Positions 10,501 through 19,500 of a DNA stretch of 64,000 nt are shown here, piece after piece. The stretch lies in the IMG/VR virus record IMGVR_UViG_3300022939_000006, one strand, 5' to 3'. Made by a program: the position numbers and the translations under genes. The notes beneath the pieces were generated by a model. The model worked only from the letters and a program-made list of their open reading frames with translations, made no database searches and had not been told where the DNA came from. Position 1 is the stretch's first letter. The number at the start of each line of letters is the position of its first letter. Source of the stretch: an uncultured virus (IMG/VR IMGVR_UViG_3300022939_000006). Its lineage: Duplodnaviria > Heunggongvirae > Uroviricota > Caudoviricetes.

Positions 10501-13500
10501 TTTAACTTCTAGTATGTAAGGAGTTCCGCTAACTCTGTCAAATTTAGTAATTACATGCATTGCTCTTACTTTACCATTGCCAAGAACTGCACTTGCTGAA
10601 CCAAACTCGCCGCCATCAGATACTGAACCGTTTAATACTACGTCAGGTATACTTGTATAACCGCTACCAGGAGTTAATATTTCAATTTTGCTCAACTTGC
10701 TATTACTTAGGTATGCTTTTGCAGTGGCACCTGATCCGCCGCCTCCTTCAATAGTAACTTTAGGAGGTAATACATATAAATTTCCAGTTTTACCTATTGT
10801 TATTTCTTTAATTTCATAGCCTACATTATCTTTCCACCATTTGTCAGGATACTGATCAATACTATCAGGTAGATTAGTTATTACATTGTTATTAATTTTT
10901 GTATTTGTAGGAATAATTTTTTGTTTAATGTAATCATATCTCGGAGGTAAATCAAAATCAGAAATTGTAGTATTTGTAGGTTCTACCTTTTCATAAGAAC
11001 TTACATACTGTCTAACTTTAGTTTTGTATGGTTTTACTTCGTTGATATAATCTTGGTAACTTTCAATGCTATCATTTTTAAATGTAATTCTTTGGCTTAA
11101 ATCGCCAACATTGTGTACTGCTTGAATAAAGCTAGTTTTGAATGCCCAATCTATATTAGGTTGTTCTTTAAATGCATATCTTAGGCTTGCTACAAATAAC
11201 TTGTTGTATTCGTCATTCAGATTGTCAACAAACAAATTGTCTCTCAAAACTTCAAGTATAATACGTGTTTCAGTAACAGGCTGATTGTCATAAAAATTAG
11301 TATCAAAAGTGTTACTATCAAATCCAGTTAAATTATTTTCAACATCATACAACCCTGACTTAAATTGTATTGTTGCATTTTGTTTACCAACTACTGCATA
11401 ATTTACTGTGTAATCTACATTTTGTTGATCGTCTATCTTTTCTAACAACAACCAACCGCCTGTGCCAACACTACTAATTTTTACAATATCACCTACATTG
11501 TTTTGTAAGCCATCTAACTGATAGCTGTAGTCTATAAGATCTTTAATTTCAGTAAATGCGTTGAACCCATCTTCGTACCAATCTTTGTATTCCCAAAATA
11601 GATTTGTATCAAACCTCTGCGCTACTGTTCTATTCCATTTAGATCCATTGTAATTGTATAAACTCCATTTATTAGAAACTGTATCGTCATTTACAACTAG
11701 AACAGTAAAGTTTCTTACTGTAAGTGTAGTAGCAGAATCGTAACCTTCGCCTGGATCTACAATATTAACACTAGTAATTTTACCGACCTCGTCAATTGTT
11801 GTTTCTATTATAGCATCTGTACCTATACCATTTACAGTAACGGTTGGTCCTAATCTTGATGTTAATGTTTCTGTGTAACTAGGATCAATATAACCTCTAC
11901 CAGGATTAGTAATAGCTACAGACACAATTCTACCGTCTATAATTGTAGGTGTTAACTCAGCTGTGATACGCTTTGCTACACCTACAAAAGGTAAATCTTG
12001 GAATGTGTCAATTGCTAGGTCATATCTTCTTGATGTAATATTAGGTTGTGGATCACTTTCTCTAAGTCTACTAATGTCAAACTCGTCTACAATAATATTT
12101 TTAATTAAAACACCGTTAGCTCTTTCAATTACTTCTTTAAGAGCTTCAGTTCTATTAACAAACATACTTTGTCTTGGTTTGTTATTAATACCATATTTTG
12201 CTTTTGCACTTAATCTTGGATCTGGGACTTGTCTATCTTTTCTATCATAACCTATTAGACTATCAAACCATTTTAATTCAATATCTCTATTTGGTCTACT
12301 AGAGCCAATTCCGTCTGTTAAGATTTGGTACTCTAAATGTCTATTCTGTTCTTGATTATCTAAAGTGTAATAACTTAAATTCAATGCAACATTGTTTCCT
12401 GACAGTAGAGGTTTTACATTAAACAGAGCCATTCTATCTTTACTCTGTAGTGCCGCAAAAGCATAACCTTGTCCTGCTGGATCATTAATTAATTGGCGGA
12501 CGGCAAATGCAGTTAATTTTCTATTTTCTACACTAGGTAATACCTTTTTGTTTGCTACCCAATAAAAATATTTAGGTTTACTTCTACCTGCGACACTATC
12601 CCATACTAGTCTTGTGCTGTAAACTTCGTCACCATATCTACTAATTCCACTTATGCCCCTGTCTAAACCATCATTAGTATCAGCAATCTCATTCCATTCT
12701 GCAGGTAATAAATCAGTCATTACCCATTCATAAACATTTACTATACCATTAGGGAATGGTTTGCCCCAATAATTTGTTTGATATTGTATATCATTTTGAT
12801 AATAGTTATAATATTTAACTGCACCTATATCCCACCATAGTTGTCCTACATGATCTGCACCCCAACTATTTTGTTCATCAACTACAACCGTATCATCTCC
12901 TATGCTATAAGTTGCAGGATCATAATATGTTTTGTAACTTATTTCTTGTTCTGCAGGACCTGCAATTTTTCCTTGTACAGGATCAATAAAGTCTAGTGAT
13001 TGTACTAGAGTATTAGTTTCAGTATTGTAAAGGAATAAGTTTTTAATATTTGGAATATCAATTTGATCAATTGGTGATCTATGTGTGTTCCATGCTTTGC
13101 TTCCTATTGGTTTTCTAAAGTCTACAATAATACCTTGATAAGTTGCTAAATCTGTCATTTCTGGAATAGCAGTATAAACATGATTTTGTTTTACAAGCAG
13201 ATTTTTACCAAATTGTATTGCGTTAGGATCATCAAATATAAACTGTTCAGAATAAATTAAACTTTTGTTTATTCTTTCGTACATAAAAATTACGCCAGCG
13301 TCAATATTAGATGCTTTCTTAAATTTTGTAAACCCATCATCAAAAGTTGTAGTATCATTGTCAAAAGTATTAGGTATTTCAATATCACCATTTAATGATG
13401 TTACTGCAAGCTGATTACCGTCAAAGTTAATATATGCACCAAAATGTTCTGTTTGTTCATTGTTAGGTGATTTTAAAGTTTGGTTTAAAACAAACTGTTG

Positions 13501-16500
13501 ATTTTGTAATGTGTAAACATATACTACACCTTGATCTCTTTTAATATTATCATTAAAAGTTTCTGATATAGCAATCATTTCACCGTCTGTAGAAATACTT
13601 ACAGCATCACCAAAGCCGCTTAAATTGCCTGTAGATAAATCTACATATGGTGCTTCTATACTTTGAGAAAGTATATATTGTCCTCCTGGTAATTGTCTAT
13701 AAACATTTACTATACGTTCTCCTGTACTATCGTTTCCTTGTATGCGAGAACTTACAATCATTACAGAACCATCCGGCGTCTGATCAAAACTCTTAGCAAA
13801 ATCTCTAATTCCAAATTCTGGATCGAATGTTTCTTCACCTACAAATGCATTTAAAGGAGTATTTGGAATATATCCAACATGACTAATTCCAATATCTAAT
13901 GCTGTCCAATCAGCTTGTATAAATGCACTTCCGCTTGCAATGTTTCTAAGAGCTTGATATGGTTTTCCTAAATATTCTACAATTTCATTTTGTTTATAGA
14001 ATGTTTGTGAATCAAACTCTCCTCTAAATAAAGGATTAATATCTAAAGTAAAATCAAAAGTATTTGCATCTGTATCAGTGCCATGTTTAATAAAATGTAT
14101 ACTACCTGCATTATTGGAAGTATTGTTACCATTGCTTGCTACTGAAATTCTATAAATTCCACCATCTTTTGAAAAACTAATTTCATCGCCCAGTCTCTTG
14201 TAGTTTTGTCTTTCTGGCACAGTATAACTATTATAAACTTGGTACTGTCCGGTGTTACTTATATCATATACAGTAAACATACCTTCTTCTGTTAAGCCAC
14301 TCACTGTTGTACCAGGACCGTCTTTAACAATTAGGTTGTTTACAAGATTCCAGTCGTTATTATTTGAGGAAGGAATATTTGGATCCCTTGGAATACCCTG
14401 TAGTGTGTCTACATCATAGAAGAAGTATTCAAAATTAGTAAGTTGAGATTGAGCAACGTTTGCAAAATTACTGTCCTCTTCTATAACAATAATTTTACCA
14501 ACCAACGAACCAGCAATGCTTACTTGCTTAATTTCACCTATAGGTCTTGCGTTTGCCCTAATTCGAAGTATGTTTGCAGTTGTTCCAAAATTATCACCAA
14601 CACTCCATGTACCTGTGACATTTTTAACATAGATTCTTACATCGTTAAATTGTCGTTTGTAAAACGCAACTTCTGCTTCAGCACCTGTAACACTGTCTCT
14701 AACTGTATCGCCTATTACTAATTCAAATGGTAACTGTTGTCCGCCAACATTTTGGAACTGTGTGAATTCAAAATCAATATAACCATCCCATAAATCACTT
14801 ACTGTATGCTCTTTGTTAATTAATGTTCTGTCAATTGCTGTATCAGTGAAATCAGTATTAATTACATCTACATCCATATAAAATTTATCACCATTGCTTA
14901 GTGTAGATGTAAATGTAGCTGGTCCTCTTACAGTCCATAGAGGAGATGGATAAACTGCAAAGTTGTTGTTTGGATCTCCTTCGTATGTAAGTGTTTCCAT
15001 AAATGATGCTTGTTCATTTAAAGTAACTGGCAAAAGTAGTTGTGTTTGATTGTTTTGAGCTGTAACTTCTGTAGGTGTAATGTTGTAATAAAAGTTAGGT
15101 GTTGTTCTTCCACTTGCGGCAGTCAATATATCAACATACACTAATCCATGACCCGGATCTGTAAACACGTTTGAACTATCGTTACTTGTAGTATATGTTG
15201 GTGTATCTATCCACCAATAACCACCAAGGACATTTGTATTATCTTGGAAGTCTTCACTAAAGTCTCCTATGCGTAAATTGCCTACAAACAAAGTACCAGA
15301 TTGTTCAAAAGTACCATTTACATTTGAAACATAAATTGTTAATGTTTCAATATTATTTGCAACATGAACTATTTCACCACTTGCAACTGCACTTGATATA
15401 GTTTCACCAACTGACGGTAAGTTAACGTAGTTTTGTACTACTAAGACGTTATCAACTTTCTTTTGTATGGTGTGCTGATCACTTATTACACCGTCTGTGA
15501 TAGCTGGAAATTCTCCATTGAAAGGTTGTACATCAACATTGTATCCTTCAGGATGAACATAGCTAAAGTTATTCCAATTAAGAACTAATGTATCTCCAAC
15601 AGCTGAAGCATTATAAGCTGTATATGGTGCTCTTACAAGTACATGGCTTGTTTGCTGATTGTTTAATTTGTAATCACCCGCTTGTAGTAAATTAACTAAA
15701 CTACTATCAGATTGAGACACAATGTTTACAAAACTATCAAAACTAGAAAATTCAATAGCACTGGTGCTAGGATCAATTGCCTGAATTGCTTCAAATAAGT
15801 TTGGTCCGTATTTTACAATTTGTCTTTTATTATAAGCTCTTGAAGGATTAAACTCTCCTTGATAAAAAGAATAAACACTTGATGCTTTTGGTGAACCTAC
15901 TACAACATACAATCCATCTGGACTTACTGCAACACTTTCTCCAAATTGTGGTGCAACACTAGTATTTCCTATTACGCTAATAGGTGCATCTAAAATTTGA
16001 TCTAGTACAAAATTTGTGCTGTCGCTTGCACGTTTGTAAATATGGACTTGTCCATTACCTTTGTATGGAATACCAACTGCCATAACTGTATTAGATTCAT
16101 TGACGCTTATACTGTGCCCAAAGCCGTGGAAGGAACTATCAAGTTCTATAGAACTTAATATTTTTTGGTGCTCGTTATAAACTTTATTATTTTTTAGTAC
16201 AGTCCACTTATTATTGTCATCATTGTCTACCCAAATTATTTCATTTTGCTTTAAACTTGATGTTACATTGTCATTTGCACTTTGTAAATCTGCTTCTCGC
16301 TGACTTGTAAAAAATGATATTGTTCCTTGAGGATTTGCATCATCATAATTACTATAATCATCTTTGGTAGTTGTAAACTCAATTATATTATTATAAACTT
16401 TTGTTGCTTTATAAAAACCATCCATATTTGTATAGGTAGTGGTATTCATATTTGTAATACCAAATATATCACCTACGCTTATATCTCTGACTGTTTCATT

Positions 16501-19500
16501 TAAAGTAATTGTTATGACACTATTATTATTGTTAAAGCCAACTATTCTCAGTGAGCTTTCTGTATGTTGTAAAACATCCCATGTTTGGTTGTTAGTGGCT
16601 ACCCAGATATAAGCATGTTTGTCTATATCAGTAATGTTAAAATCTAATATACCGTCTTTAGTGGTAACTGCACGGTTGACATCTTGTCCTGTTACATATC
16701 CTACTGTTTTTACAAAAAAATCATCGTTGTATTTTGTAGGTAATTTGTTTGTGTCATATCCTGTTGGTTTTAAAAATACATCATAGTTTGGTATTCTGTA
16801 AACAAGATCAGTTTTTCCTACTGGAACATTATCTACTAGTTCAATTGTTTGCGGCTCAACTTTAAATTGATTTTCGTCTAGTTGCCATTCAATTTCATCA
16901 TAATTATCTGTAGCACCATAACTACCTGTTTTGATTGCCCATTCTTCGTTAAAATCTACACTTTCTTTGTTTGCACTAGCCAAACTATCAAATAGTTTAT
17001 CAATACTATTACGTGTACCTTTGTCTTGTATAAATCCTTGGTAGAATTTAAACTGGCTTACATCATCATTTATTATGTTTTCTAAATACTGTCTTTTTTG
17101 GTAGCCAGTTAAATGTTGAGCAAGTTTTTGTTGCTCTACATCGAAATTATCACTTTCTAATTCATAAAAATCTGTAAACTGATTAACTCTATAATCAAAG
17201 TTTGTAAGTAATTTAGGAGTAGGTTTAGAATCTAATTTATTCCATTTATTAGCAACAAATTTTTCAGTACCAGGCACTGTATTTTTTGCAGTATAATAAA
17301 ATTCTTTATAAAGCACTGTGTCGCCAATAGCATAATCTTTGTATTGTTCCCAATCTGATACTTCAGCTTTATCGTATACGAATCCTGGAATATTTAAACT
17401 TCCATCCCAGCCATCGCTTACATAACCTAAAACTCTAATTCTTTCTTGCCTATATCCTGTCACAGGATCATAAATTACATCACCGAACACACTTGTATTA
17501 TCTAAAAGTGCCACATGTTCTATTTGAACTAAAGGTAGTTCAACAAAGTACACTCCGTCTGCGGTGTTTACTAATGTTATATTGAAGTCATTACCAGATC
17601 TTGCTAATCTTGTAAATTCTCCTTTAAGTTGTTCACCACCTGCATTTTGCATTTTATTTTCATAAAATTTGTTTTGAAGATCATCAACTACATTGTATTC
17701 TTTTTTAAAGGTAATTTGATTAGCACTAGGACTTAGTGTTAAAACAGTACCCGGTGCCCATCCTTGAGTGGTCCAATACATAAATTCTTTAGTGCTTAAT
17801 TTCCAATCTTCTACAGTTTGAGATTCTTGGTTGTAATAATCAAAAGTGAATCCTTGTGTTTCTAAATAGTTTCCGTAACCTAAAAGAAAATCAACAACTT
17901 CTTGTGTAGTATTAAAAACATGACCATAAGGAAGAGTTTCTACATCTGTATCAAAGGCAGTTCTAAATTGAGCAGTTACTCCGCCTCTTGTTGGTATTGT
18001 AGGAATTTTGGTATATTTGCTTGGATCAAAAACAGTTGTGCTTGTATGTTCTTCAACTACTTTATAAAAAGTATTTTCATATCTAACATAACTGTCAATA
18101 GTATATTTTTTATCAGTATCCCATTCTACAAAACTTTCACTTACTCCTCCAACATTTATGTTAGGGTCATCTACTCTTTGTTTTGCAGGTGTATAGTAAA
18201 ATAAAGGATCTAATTTGTTATATCCTCTAATAACATATCCATATGATTGTTTTTCTATTATTACGCCGCTATAAGATACAATACTAGTAGGCGAACTTCT
18301 GTTTAATGCAACTGTATAATTTTCAAAAGGTAAAAATACGTTACCTTTATTAAACGGAGTTCTGCTGTCTAAAATAAATCTCAATTTATTCTTATCTGTA
18401 AATGCGCCTAGTTTAATTCCTAGCTGTAACTTCAATCCTTTTAATTCTGCTTCATATTGATTATTTGTAATTTCACTATTTTTCAAAACATAATTTACAA
18501 CATAATCTACAAAACCGCTTGTATAAACTCTTGTTACATCGCCATACAAATTACTAAATTCTAAGTTTTCTATTGCAACTGGTTTATTTGTATTTCTGTA
18601 AACCCATTGTCCTGCAAGGTTTCTTTTTACAGCTGAAATATCCCAACCTAGTCCCATTACTTTAGAAGGTTGTGATAATAACCATGCTTTTACAATACTA
18701 AAAGGATATTCTCCACTTCTTCTCCAAGCAGTTTCTGCAGGGCTTTGATCACCAAACTTAAATCCTTTTCTTGCATAAGACTGTACATAGTCTTTTGCAT
18801 ATCCGCTGGCTAGTGGACTTATTAGATTACCATCTACATCAACAGGAATATGTTTTGAAAGATCTTGTCTAACATATTTTTCATTGTATATTACAGGTTT
18901 ACCTGGTTCTGCAATTTTTCCTGCTTCTAAATCTTCCCATAGTATTAAGTTATCAGAAGTATACGGAGCAGGACCATACTTTTTCTCCCACCATTTAGGT
19001 TTAATACTAAACCCTAGCATTTCCCAAGGTGTAGTATGAGGTGTGTCAGTGTCGTATGCTTCTTTATATACATTTCTCCAGAACCCGTCAATTCTTATTT
19101 TGCCAGGGCCTGTCATGTCTGAGTAGTTGTAAGTAAAGCTGTCTGTCTCTAAGAAACTATTATTTGTAGTATAATCTACTCCGCCTAGACTTTCTGACCA
19201 TTTTACAAAGTCTTTTAACAAAATATTGTCTATTTGTTTTTTTGTAAACTTTGTATCTCTGTCTTTTGACGGTACAAAGTCATTTATGTCTAACTTTGTT
19301 GTATCATAATTTACTTTACAGTTATTATAGATTCTTCTTTCTAATTCTAATAATAAATTGTCTCTAAAATCATTATATCCTACTGTTTTACTTCCGTCAT
19401 GTCCAATAATTACTGTTGTAGGTGTTCTATATGAATTATCAATTTCTATTCTAGGCAAAAACTTAGGATATAAACCTAGTTTTGTAGGAGTAGGTGGTAC